Shown in pieces: positions 48,122 through 61,135 of a stretch of DNA of 64,000 bases. The DNA is taken from NCBI GenBank assembly GCA_904063045.1, contig CAJFCJ010000009.1, forward strand, positions 2,622,631 to 2,686,630, written 5' to 3'. Source of the DNA: Dimorphilus gyrociliatus. Its lineage: Eukaryota > Animalia > Annelida. The translations under genes and the position numbers were made by a program. Positions within the stretch are counted from its first letter, which is position 1. Each line of letters begins with the position of its first letter. The notes beneath the pieces are model-generated. The model made no database searches, was not told the origin of the DNA, and saw only the letters and a list, made by a program, of their open reading frames with translations.

Positions 48122-51100
48122 TCAAGACACCCATGTGTCAGCAGAGTGTTCAGAGTTCTTCAGTTCTATAAACTCTTCCATTTTTTTATCAAAATCTGGA
48201 GGCCTATCTGCTGGTGCTTTGTATCTTCTACCCATATTATCACCAAGATATTTAATAAGATTACACGTTTTTTCAAATTCTTCTAGCTTCTTTCGATATT
48301 TCTTTCGAATATATTCTGGATTTCTCGGATTGTAAGCTGTAGAAATGATTTTATTACAAATGTATGATATATTCAATTTGTCTAACAAAAGCTCTAAAAG
48401 TACCTTTTAGATGATAGCCCATATAGATGAGAGAACTTTGGGTAACTGTGAGGAATGGGTACTTGGGTTTTACGTTACCAACCGCCGTTAGGGCTTTAAT
48501 TATTCCATCGGCCGCTGATTGTTCCATATAACCGAGCATTGGTAAAGATGTAACTTGAAGGGGTTCCTTCTTGGGCGGTAGTTTGTGTGGAAGGGTCAAA
48601 TTGAAATACTTTTCAGGTAGTCTCATGAATTTGTCTAGTTTCTCTTCATTGTCGAAGTAATGCAATTTATTCCTATATTCAACAACTAAGTTAGAATCTC
48701 CAGGAACAATAGACTCGTATCTTTTTCTTCCGTCTAGGAAGGTTACAGGACAATAACCATTTAGATCAACCGTCATAGGGAAAAGGGCTTTCGCCTCGGC
48801 AAAAGTTCGTCTTATTGGCAATAAATCTTTTGGAGGCAATTCACGAGGAGCCAACGGAGGGACGTATTTCTCAGGATTTGAGAGAAACAAATCAAGTTCT
48901 TCTTTACCACCCAATCTATAGTAGTATCCTCTAAACTCTGCTGTAAATTCAAAATTGCGATGCTCCGAACAATCCACTAATTCTCCTTTATCTCCAAGGC
49001 TAACGCAACAATACTGACCAAACGAACCAATTCTAGCCAAAAATTCAGATGGAGTTATGCATAAATCAGCAACAGAAGCTGCCTTTCCATCACCAATACA
49101 GGATAGATAATCTTGTACTCTTCTAACCGACTTTCTCGCTATCTCTGATGCATTATTCCAAACCCACCATTTACTTCTGTCTCCATCAATTGTAACTAAG
49201 TTGTCGTGTTTGCCGGCATACCATTCTTTTACTCCGGGTATCTCCTTTTTAAAAGCTGCACATTTGACAGCAAAAATTTTTGAACTATCGTGCATAATAT
49301 AAGGTCTGTCTGCTGCAAATCTATCCCTTGTTGCCCTATCGACAATTTCGATATTCGAACAACTTAACTCTATGACCCGTAGAGGAATCAATGACCTTTG
49401 CGTCATAAGTTCAATTTGGGATTTAGTTAATGGATATCCATCAAGTACATATCCTCTCGTTTGGCATTTCATGTCCAATAGGGATACTTCTATTGCTCTA
49501 ACAGTAAGCTCGTCAGGAACTGTTTTACCTTGCTTTAGATTATTTTCAATTTCTTGAGCTAGGTGTGTCTTAGGTTGATTTTGAATAACATTTCTTATGG
49601 CATCTCCAGCCGAAATCTTCACAACACCAAATTCATGAGCGAATCTCTTTGCCACTAAGAAAACAAAGTAAATTATTTATGTTTGCATACAAAAAAGGAC
49701 TATTTAAAAAAGTTAATGACAAGGGATTTTGCAACGTACAAGTTGTCTTGCCAGATTTTGGTGGTCCAATAATTGCCAGTCGAATGGGAACAACTGGTTT
49801 CGGTGATGGTTGTTGAAGGTACTTAATGGGTTCGAGCATAAATTGTTCTTGCGCTTTCTTACTAGATAGGAAATAGACATGCTGTCTATAGACGACCGGA
49901 TAAGATGTCGGATTGTGCATTGGTTGAATACATTCGCCTTCCAAGAGCTGAATAGGGGGAGGGTTAGGAGTGTAAATTTTGTTTAACATTCTCATATATA
50001 AGTTTGTTATTCTCCAAATGGAGAAAAGAGTGTTCATGCTTTTCATTCTTTATATAAAAGATTTGGTTTTTAAAGGATTTATAGTATAAAATGTTACCTT
50101 CATTGGACACCATCTTCCAAACCTACTTAGTTGTTTGTAATTTAGTTTTAACATCCTCTCAGCTAATCTTTCAGGGATTGGTTGAGCTCTTTCAAAAATG
50201 GACTTCCGATTTGAAACAATAGATCTAAGCTTTTTGTTTATAACATAACGAACAATATGAGGTTTACGACCAGCGTCTACTTCGACTCGTGGTATGAGAA
50301 TACTAGCAAGTTTCTCCGAAACATCGGATAAAGTATTGACGTCATTATCATAAACTTCGTGCAATTCGTTTTTCATATGCTCTATAGCATCCTCTTCCGT
50401 CTCTTCTTCTTCATCTTCTTCCTCTTCTTCTTCCTCTTCAAATTCTTCAGCTAACATAGCATCGATATCAACCTCCTCCTCTTCTTCCTCTTCTTCCTCC
50501 TCTACCTTTTCTGCATCTGAATCTTCCTCTTCTTCCTCCGCCTCCGCCTCTTTCTCTGCTTTCCTTGCCGCCTTTTTCTCTTCGATTTCTTTTACAATCT
50601 CTTCCCTTCTTTTCTTCATTAAAGCTTCCCTCTTTTGTTGTTTTCTATTTCTTTTCTTATCTTTAATTGCCTGCTTTCTATCGCGTCTCGATTTCCAATT
50701 TTCTAGTTTAGGAGGTAGGAGGCGAGCTATAATGTCGCTATCTTCAGCGTTCAATATCAAAGCTGTATCGGGATAAAGGCCATTCGTTTCTACATAGTCT
50801 ACTTCATCTTTCGTTCTTGGAAATCCTTCAAGAATAAATCCTTTACTCTTAAAAGGTTCTTTATGCCACCAGTCCCTAACAATTGAATTTAAAATCTCAT
50901 TAGATAAAGGTTCATCTTCTTCCAAGTAAGCTTTTATAGCCTCTTCCTCCTTAGTCCATTCCTCTTCCTCTTCAGCTTCCTGCAATAAGTTAGTTTTTAA
51001 TTAGTCGAAAAAGCATGAATAATCAAAATATAATTACGGTTTCTTCCTCTTTTTCATCTCCTAGTTTACTGTCTTCTTTCAAGTCAGATTCCTCTTTTGT

Positions 51101-54100
51101 TTCAAGAGTGGCTGGATTTAATATTTCTCCAAGCTCTTTCTCGAATGATTTAGCCTCTTCTTCATCTTCTTTTCTGTAATATGACATGATTTTTTTAAAA
51201 TCTCCTTAAAAATTGATTTAATTCTAATATTACTCTAATTCGTCAATTTCTTTATTTAATTCAATATCTGCATATTCAGGTCCAAGTTTCTTTTTAGATT
51301 TAGCCCTGATGAGCTCTTGTAATCGTTCCCTAAATTGAATATGGAATACTCCCAGACTTCTTGCCAATTGTCTACCGTGCAAACTTTTCCCAGATCCTTT
51401 AGGCCCTAAGATAAACAGACGCGGAGGAGGAGGCTAAATAAGAGTGATAAATTAGGATTAAAATATTCATCAAATTTTTTAAGTGTATTTTACTTTGAAT
51501 GGTTCATTTGTTGGTAGATACTTTATAGGATTTTCAAGAAATTTCTCTCGATAATCGTTACTGGAAATGTAATAAACTTTTTCCCGATATTTTGCTCCAG
51601 TTTCCGGGTCACCCGGCCAAAGAACATCATGCTCCTTTAGAGCAACTGGACAGAAGAAAGAAGTATCGCCCAATGGCTTCTTAACTGAACGATTGGCATC
51701 TTCTTCCTTTTTAAATTGTTTAAATAATACAAATAATAAAAAAAACAAATGTCGATTTTTCTCACCTCTTCGCCTTCTTCTTCCTCCTCTTCCTCCTCTT
51801 CCTCCTCTTCAGCTAAAAGGGCTTTTTCAGTGGCGATATCCTCTTCCTCTTCATCGATATCTGTACCACTGTAAATCCATGGTTTGTATTGGAATAGTTC
51901 TGTTGTAAGTCACTGAATTAGAACATGTTATAGTAAATAAAAATACGTGTAATATACTTTCGATGTGCTGTACTGTTTCTTCAAGGACCTCTTCTAAAGA
52001 TTTTTTTCCGATAACGCCATCATCATTCTCAATATCTTTAATTTGTAAATCGACAGGGAAAGGATCAATAGCAGTGTTGCCAGTTATAACAGACTAAAAC
52101 GGGAAACAAACTCAGGAAATTATTAAGGAAACGTAATGGAACATCGATTTATTCCTTACGTGCATAGCACTCCATTCGGAATCCCATTGCTTTCTCTTTT
52201 CTCGTAATGCCTCGACATCTGGGCATTCTGGTGGCATTTTTTCCTAGAATTTATTAATTATCGATATTTAATTTATATTCTAAAATCACAGGCTAATAGT
52301 AGTTATTTTAAGTATATTACATCATCAGGAGTTTCCGGAGGTGGGGTTCCCATTTCGGCAGGTTGCTCTTGAATGATAACTGCAAAAATATACAATTATA
52401 TCTTAATAGTGATTGAGAAAAATAACTTTTGGTTAGCTTTAAAACAAAAAATGAAATATCAGGAAAATAAAGATAGCGATCTTCATTCTTCTTTCTGTTT
52501 TTAACCTTAAGAAAAAGCTGCACACAAAGATAAAAGTATCATGAACAATGTTAAAAGCGTTTTTGTTTTGTAAAGAGAAAGCATTGGCTATATTAGTTAA
52601 TCTGTGACTGCATTATAAGCGAGTTATATCCACTACTTCGTACCCTCTGGGGTTGCAGTGGATGGAGCAATTATCTCCTTCTCTTTATCGTCTTTCTCTT
52701 CGCTTTCCTCATTGTCAGCTTTCTGTTCTTTATCATCTTTTTCATCAGTCTCTACTTCTAAAAAAGAGCGAGTACAAAATATATGTGTAAACAAAATTTG
52801 AAAACAAGGAGAAATAGGTGTAAAAAAAGAATTGAAATCAATAGCATCCTTTGTTCTTATGATAAAAAAGGCGGGAAAGTTTTCAGATAGAGATAAAAAT
52901 CGAATAGTCTTCTTTAAAGAATGTTCTTATAGATATAAATTTACAATAGATATTGCCTTTTTTTGGTTAAAAGTTTAAGAAAATCGAATAAACAATATAC
53001 GAAGATACATTGAAAGAGAAGAAGCGAATGAAATATAGCTATTTTTTGGAAAAATCGACGCCAGTTTTTTGCGTCTACCTGAAACGCCTCTTTCGTCTTC
53101 AATGCGAATTCCGGGAGTCGGTGGTTTGCTACGTTTTTCTCCCTCTTCAACTAAACATTTTAAGAGGATAATTCTATTAAAAAAACTAAAATTGGATTCT
53201 AATTTTACAAAAATAAACACGTTTCTTGGGACAAAAGAATGGGTTGGATAATCTTCCAGATAAATAGAGATATATACTAAAATATTGAGATAAAGAGTGA
53301 GACTTTCTATCTGTGGAACTTCTCATGGCTTATTTTGATTATGTGCAATTAAATTATTTCCGAATTCAAACTTTCTTATTAAAAGTAGAATGTAAAACAA
53401 CTTACGTTCGGTTTTCTTCTCTTCCGCTTCCGTTTCGGTTTCGGCTTTTTTTGCCTCCTCTTCCTCCAATCTCTTCTTTTCAGCTTCAAGAAGCTTTATT
53501 CTATTAAAGGATTAATAAAAGATAAAATTGATTAATCTTACAACAGAATTTCATTCTGTTTTACCTGTTTTCTTCAGCTAAACGTTCTTTCTCTTTTGCT
53601 AATTCTTCTAATCTTTCTTGAATTTGACTATCAATAACTGTTCTATTTAGATAATACCATCTTTTTAGTAGAAATTCTCCATTGTCGGAATTATCCTTTT
53701 ATATTATGATGCATTTATTATGTCATTAAATCAATTGTAATTAATTTACTCACCTGTATAACAATAACCTCATCTGGTAATATTTTACCATCAACCATAA
53801 CTGCCCATTGGTCACGATTTTGTGGGAAATTATCCAAAATCCAACCTCCGGATCTATTTTAAGATATACCATTATTGTATTTTAAGTTATTGTTATGGTT
53901 AGGTTAAATCGAATAGGTTTTGTTAAGTCGGGCGAAAGGGTGGACCGGAAAAGGAAGGATGTTAAAGTTACTACTTACAATGGTCCCTTGGGTTGTAATT
54001 TTTTATAACTCTCCTCTAATTTCTCTATTTCTTTTTTCATTACTTCTACGTAGATTTCTGGGCCAAGATTAACTTCCGGATTATCATTACGCTGCATTAA

Positions 54101-56403
54101 TAGGAAGGAATATTCTAGGTTATTATCAGAATTGTTTGATTGATTACAAACCTTCATTGCTTCCTCGACTAATTCTATAACTTCTGGATGCTGTTCGTTA
54201 ACCTCAGCTTCCGCTGGGAGTGAATCATCAGAGCTTCTCTCTGTTTCTGGTTCTCCTTCGCCTTCTAACAGTTCATTTTATATTAATGTATTATGTCTGT
54301 TACTTTAGAAGAAATTGTATACCTTTCTTTTCGCCGTCTTCGGCTGCAGCTTCTTCCCCTTCCTTCTCGGTAGTTTCATCTGGAGCCTTTTCTCCCTCTT
54401 CCTCTTTCTTTTCCTCTCCTTCTTCAGATTTTTCTCCTTCTTTCTCCTCAGATTCTGGCGCCTTCTCTTCTTCCTTCTTTTCACCTTCCTCCGTTTTTTC
54501 TCCTTCCTCTTGTTCGTCATCCTCACCCTTTTCTTCTTCACCTTTTTCTTTTTCATCACTCTCCGTCTCACCCATTTCTTCCCTCTCTTTTTCCTCTCGA
54601 GCTTTCCTAGCAGCTCTTTCGGCTTCTCTCTCCTCTTGTATCTTTGTTTTAATGGTATTAATTGCATTTTCAGTTGCTTCAGCCCGAATTTGATCCAGCA
54701 CTTTGATTTTCTCTTCCTCATATCGATCTTTCATTAACTCATTAATATCGAGGACTGTTGCTCCATATTTCTGAGCTAGCATATGACATAAGGAAGTTTT
54801 TCCAGAATAGGGAGGTCCTGTTACACATAATTTACAAGGAGGTCTTGGATTAGGTGGTAACAAAAATGGTCTTGGATTCTTTAGGAATTTTCCCATTGCT
54901 TCTTCCGTTGCCATTATATACATTTTATCCAGGAAAGCAACAGAATATTCTGGTCTTCCTGATGAAATATCACCATCAGAAAGCGAGACTGGACAATTCC
55001 TTAGCCATTTTGACCTCCTCCAGCGAAAACGAGGTGCTGGCATTTCTCTTGCTGCCAATATACGAAGTAATTCGTCTGTATCGATATCTTCTGGAGCTTC
55101 TTCGCCTTCCTGGTCTTGCAAACGAATCGGGACGGCGGCTCCATTGACACAAAAACAGCGTAATTTGCTTAAAACTTCCTAAGAAACAGATGTATGAAAT
55201 AAATAATCAAGTTAATTAACATCTTTTTAAGTACTCACTGATAATAGAACATCTAAAGACTTATTTCCATCTAACTCGAGAAGTCGTTGTTGGTCGTGAT
55301 CTATCATGAAATCTTCTAAAATTCTCAACATATTATCTTTATACCGTTTTATATGATCGTTAACATAATCGGGTAAATCTTCAGGTCTCTTGATAAGTCT
55401 TTGAATAATCTCAGGATCCAATTTGTTACCCAATCCTGATTCCTCTTCTTCTTCTTCAATTTGCTCCTCTTCTTCTTCTTCCTCTTCATCTTCGCTTTTT
55501 CTTTTTTCTTCTTTTTTAGGCTTGTCAGGGTCATAAATATCTTTAGTATAGATTCTTCCAGTAACAGGGTCAACTCTTTGAAATATTCGACGGTTTTTTA
55601 TATCTTGATCAGGCATTTTAATGTTAATAATAAAATCTGGTTTAAGTTTCCAATTCCTTATTAATTGTACTTGGTCGGATATCGGAGCAAAATCTTCAAC
55701 TAGTGATGGAAAATCATCTAAGACGTAACCATGATGAGCAACTTCCGGTGAAGATATTTTTTCTTCTATCATACGAACGCTTAATTCTTCTGGAATAGAT
55801 TCTCCTCTTAGAAGAATTTCTTTAGCTTTATACCCTAATTCTGTTTCCATTTGCATTGCTTGTTCAATAACCTCAGTGGCTAAAAAAGGTGTTAATGTTA
55901 TTTTAGAGTAAAAAGATGCTCTTATGATATAAAGTACCATTGATTAGTATGCATCGCCACTCTTGTGCAATTAACTTGGCTAGAGACGTTTTCCCAGATC
56001 CAGGTTTTCCAATTACAAGAAAGCATACAGGTTTTGAAAGTAGAAATCTTAATTCCGATTGATCCTCATCAAACGGATCATAGCTCATAGCTTCTACCCT
56101 ACTGGCGGCTTGTTTTGCATCTCTTTCCACCAATGATAGAGTATCTAACGATTGCGCAATCAGTTCTTCTTTTTTCTCTTCAGCCTATAGTTCGCGGAAA
56201 TTAGAATGGAAGAAAACCAATTAAATGCGTATTTAATTATTTATGCATATTTATACCAAGGCAAGGGATGACTGAGGTCGGCTGATAGCTACCTCATCCT
56301 CTTCTTCATGTTCAGATGGTCTTGGAGTTTCAGCTGGCCGTGGTGAACCGTGACCTGACACAGGAGGTGTCTTTACAACTCCTTCTTCGCCTTTCTCAGA
56401 CAT
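48122..56403 (-). CDS. AK9: Adenylate kinase 9 (multi-domain, Glu-rich, flagellar), about 20 exons
   Basis: Four P-loop modules (GKPGSGKT, GPPYSGKT, GPKGSGKS, GPPKSGKT), repeated CPV..L / P.KY modules, and the C-terminal ALTAVGNVKPKYPFL...YMGYHLKAYNP. All traced junctions are in frame. Confidence 0.93.
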
Positions 56404-56856
56404 TAATTAAGTAGTCCTTCGACGTTCTGTGGAATTTTGGATTTTAAAAAGTTTTTCCCTTAGACGTACCTGAGAAGGTCAAGGCCAACTCGAAGGAGTT
56501 CTCTCTCTTGTTTTTTTTTCTACAGGATACCTCTTAATTTCATATATTTAAATGATACAATTTATGAATTATAACTAATTAATCTCTTTATTATTGACAA
56601 ATAACATTGTAAAATTATCATTTGCTATCATTTAAAACAATTCTAAAATTGTTCGGTTAAAGATACCGCATATTCATTTGAAAATAATTGAATATATATA
56701 ATCTAAGAGCTTATTTTAACATATCCTGAACAATCAAAGTAGTATATTATTTGATAATTAAATTTCTTATTTCAGAGAAATCTTACTTACTCCTATATAA
56801 GAAGTATTAGCAAAAGTAAAGCAGTTTTATCTTATACTGTTTGTCACGGTGCCATT

Positions 56857-56877
56857 TGTTTACGTTACCTTAACGAC
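56857..56877. promoter_or_regulatory. Forkhead site abutting an X-box-like element in the AK9/NTMT1 bidirectional promoter
   Basis: TGTTTAC at 56857-56863 is followed directly by GTTACCTTAACGAC at 56864-56877, a degenerate X-box. Confidence 0.4.
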
Positions 56878-57068
56878 ATAAAACTCTAGGCATTATAGTT
56901 TTAAAACTATTCTCTAAAGGAAAAATTTATTATTATAATTAAATTAAAGAAAAATTAAAGTTCCTTTTTAGACAAATGTTTTTTTTACGAAAGAAAGATT
57001 AAACTGACACAACCAAATTCGAAAAGGGACTACGCTTGTACTCAAATTATCGCTCAGAACTACTATAC

Positions 57069-57787
57069 ATGGCCGGGCAGGAGACTGACGATTTTTATAA
57101 AGATGCCGTTAACTATTGGTCAAATATACCGGATACTATTGATGGAATGTTAGGAGGATTTGCCAGATTATCAAGTTCTGATGTGGGACAATCTATGACT
57201 TTTCTGAAGAAAATTATTCAGGTCTAATTAAAACTAACTACGAATGAAGGTAATTGATCATTTTACGTTTTTAGGGACCGGGTGCTCTAACTGAACCAGA
57301 GGTAGCTCTAGACTGTGGGGCTGGAATAGGAAGAGTTTCAAAACGTTTATTATTACCAGTATTTAACACTGTAGATTTAGTGGAAGTAAACCCAAAATTC
57401 TTAAAAACTGCTGAGACTTATTTAGGAGAATTGTCTTCAAAAGTAGGAAATTATTTTCCGGTTGGACTACAAAGTTTCACTCCAGAATCCGGCCGATACA
57501 ACGTTATCTGGAATCAATGGGTCCTAGGACATTTAACAGATAAAGATCTCGTAGAATATTTCAAACGATGTAAAAAAGGACTTAAAGAAAACGGGGTTAT
57601 AGTGGCAAAAGAAAATGTCAGTGGCGGTGAAGACTACGACTTTGACGAAGTTGATAGCAGTTATACAAGACCAAAGGAAGCTCTATTAAAATTATTTGAG
57701 GAGGCCGGACTGAAAGTCATTCGAGAAGAAAAACAGAAGCATTTCCCTAAAGATGTTTATGCTGTATTTATGTTTGCTCTACAATAG
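57069..57787 (+). CDS. NTMT1: N-terminal Xaa-Pro-Lys N-methyltransferase 1, 2 exons
   Basis: Exon 1 (57069-57221) has FYKDAVNYWSNIPDTIDGMLGGF. Exon 2 (57275-57787) has LDCGAGIGRVSK, YNVIWNQWVLGHLTD, KENV and DSSYTR. Confidence 0.95.
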
Positions 57788-58118
57788 ATGTTAACCAATT
57801 GGTTTTACTATTCTATTCCCTGTGGCAATGGGATAAATTTGTTCATACTAAATATAGGTTTTTATTGTTTACTTTATTGTAAAAAATGTAAGGCACAATA
57901 TATATCTTACCATTATTGATTCTTATATGTTAATATATATGCACTATACAATCTATACTAATATATATATTATATATAAACTGTATGTACAGTATATACT
58001 GTCTATATGAATTATATATATATATATATATATATTTCTGTATATGCTTTACGACATATTAATATATACATACAGTATATATTATTAATGTTTTCTGTTC
58101 TTTCGGTTTTGTGTCTAT

Positions 58119-59664
58119 TTATTTTGGACCTAACATGTCCTCAGGTCTAACCCATTCGTCAAATTGGGCTTCTGTTAAATAACCAAAGCTAATAGCTGAT
58201 TCCTTTAAAGTAATTCCTTTCTCGTGAGCATTTTTAGCTATTTGTGCCCCTTTCTCGTATCCTATGTGAGGATTAAGAGCCGTCACTAGCATAAGACTTT
58301 CGTTCAATAGTTTATCGATTCTTTCCTTGTTTGCTGTTATACCATCCACGCAATTATTTTTAAAAGACAAGCAGGAATCACCTAACAAACGAATCGACTG
58401 AAGAACATTCGAAACTATTAAAGGTTTAAAGGCATTCAATTCAAAGTGGCCATTAGAACCACCTATAGTAACCGCTACATTATTTCCCATTACTTGAGCT
58501 GCTACCATAGTTATTGCTTCACATTGAGTAGGATTTACTTTTCCTGGCATTATACTTGACCCTGGTTCGTTCTCTGGCAAGTTTAACTCACCAAGACCAC
58601 AACGTGGTCCCGAACCGAGGAATCTTATATCGTTAGCAATTTTCATAATACTGCAGGCGACGACATTTAAAGCACCGGATACCTCTACCAATGCATCTTT
58701 AGTGGCTAATGCCTCAAATTTGTTTGGAGCGCTGACAAATGGTAAACTTGTAAAGGAAGCAATTTCTTTTGCAACATCTTCTGCAAAGCCTTTTCTGGTA
58801 TTTAATCCAGTCCCAACAGCCGTTCCCCCAACGGCTAATTCATAGACTCTCGGCAAAGTGGACTTTACTCTTAGCAAACCGTTTTTCATTTGTTGTACAT
58901 ATCCACTAAATTCCTGACCCAAGGTTAAAGGAGTAGCATCCTGTGTATGCGTTCGTCCTATTTTAATTATATCCGAAAATTCGTCGCATTTGTTTTGCAA
59001 AGCCAATGAAAGTTGTTCCATTGCTGGTAACAAAAGGGTATTAATTTCAATAGCAACAGCTACATGCATAGCCGTAGGAAAAGTATCATTGGATGATTGG
59101 CTCATATTCACATGGTCATTCGGATGAACGGGATTCTTTGAACCCATTGTTCCCCCTAATAATTCAATACTTCTGTTACTAATTACTTCATTCACGTTCA
59201 TATTTGTTTGAGTTCCCGAGCCAGTTTGCCAAATAACTAGGGGAAAATTGTCGTGGCACATTTGACCTTCAATGATTTCATCAGCTGCTTTTACAATTGC
59301 ATCCGCAATTTTGTCTTCTAAACCAAACTTTTTATTGACAGTGGCTGCGCTTCTTTTTAAAATTGCCATTGCTTTAATAATAGGAAGTGGCATTCTTTCA
59401 GTTGGTCCACGATATCAAAATTTTGCAAGGAACGTGCGGTCATTGCGCCATAATATTTGTCCGCAGGGACGCTCATAGGACCAAAACTATCCTTTTCTAT
59501 TCTTTCCATGCTGCTATACTAATAATGGAATATCGTTGAACGATTTGTAAGGAGAGAAATGTCGTAAGATGATTAAATACGCACCTTTCGAGTGAATGAT
59601 AATACCTAATGGAACTTTTAACACTTCTATAAAGCTTTAGTTTCGATGTAATAATAGACCTCAT
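58119..59664 (-). CDS. FH: Class II fumarate hydratase, mitochondrial, 2 exons; apparent 1-nt deletion at about 59410
   Basis: Exon 1 (59664-59585) encodes the transit peptide. Exon 2 begins near 59516 with [11 protein letters not shown]...[15 protein letters not shown], then shifts frame into GPTERMPLP...[16 protein letters not shown]...[15 protein letters not shown]. Confidence 0.93.
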
Positions 59665-61135
59665 GCAAAACGTGGCAACAGCCGGCCACAAAAATGACCT
59701 TTACCTGACAGAAAGCGAGTAATATGCTCTATAATAATTGGAAGGTTAAATAATAAGCTATCTGTTGGGCGATACGTCACTGGGAACCAGGGAATACTGC
59801 ATATACTGTATTTTTTATATTTTATACGAACGTAACCTTCAGCAACTTCCGGTCATACGATTTTATTTATAATAAATTTAAAATGACGAAATAAGGCGAT
59901 CCGTGGGGATATATATTATGAAAATAAATTACAGAGCCTAATATTCATTCATCACGCCTCTTCGGTTTCTGAGGAATTTGCGAATTTGCCTTAACCGTCT
60001 AGTCTAATTGTATACATGGACTTCTAGTGAAAATCTTATTTTTATATAATGAAAAATCAGCAAAAACACATTTTAGCTCTTTCTTCTCCTTTGTAGGCCA
60101 TGCATTTGTTATAAATTCATTGGGGACATTCGAAAAAATTTCTATTTATAGTACCACTAAGAAAATTACGTGAGAGATGCAATAAATTTCCAAAATTGTC
60201 TAGGTTTCTTATAAATATTTGTAATAAATTTCTCAGTTGATTGACTGTTAGTTAATAGTTAAAGGAATAATGTCTCTGATTATTTAAGTACTGTTTTATT
60301 CCTATAAGGGTACTTCAACGTTAGTCTATATTTGGCTGATAGTCGATCCTGAAATAATTGCCATCAGTTTACTAATTAGTTTTTTTGATGGTGGAAGATT
60401 AAACGTTAGTGGAATAATATTATTTAGGACCTTTTAAAGGCTTTTAGATGCGTTTCTTCGAAATTAGACAGTACTAAGAATATAGGAAAACGTGCAAAAA
60501 AATATTTATTTAAAATGAGTAACCAATAAAAAAACATGCATCTAGAAAAAATATCACATTCAAGCACCTGTTAAGCGCATAAGTCCGTAATAGCTTGTTA
60601 TAATGGACAATTTAAATAAAAATGGCACTGAGTATCAGCCGAGATAGTATTTATAAATACTAATTATATCCTTGTAATATTGATGTTATCCAATGTCAAC
60701 TCCATTTTACTTACCAATTTTCCACTTCAATACCTTTTTCTCTGTCCCAACCGAATGAACAAAAGAATTAACGTTTTGTATTCTTGCGAAAGAGTGCTTT
60801 GAAACTAAAAAAAAAATCGTAAAAGAATATTGTCAGCTTTCTAATTAAAAAAAATTGCATTTACACTCTGCTTTAAGTTAACTTAGTGTAGAACGACTTT
60901 TTTTCGTAATCGACAAGACCGGCTATAATTGACAAGTCACATAGATATAAGGCCAATGTACCGTAAGCTTTAAATAATTCTATTGAAAAGGATTTTTTTT
61001 CAAAAGAAAGAATTTTTCTAATAAATACAATTCATTGAAAAATTTAATGTTTTGTTTTGATTATTTTTTTACAGAAATGTTAATTTGAAATTAAACACTC
61101 CAAGTTCCAACACATTATCCATGCCGACAGGTTTT

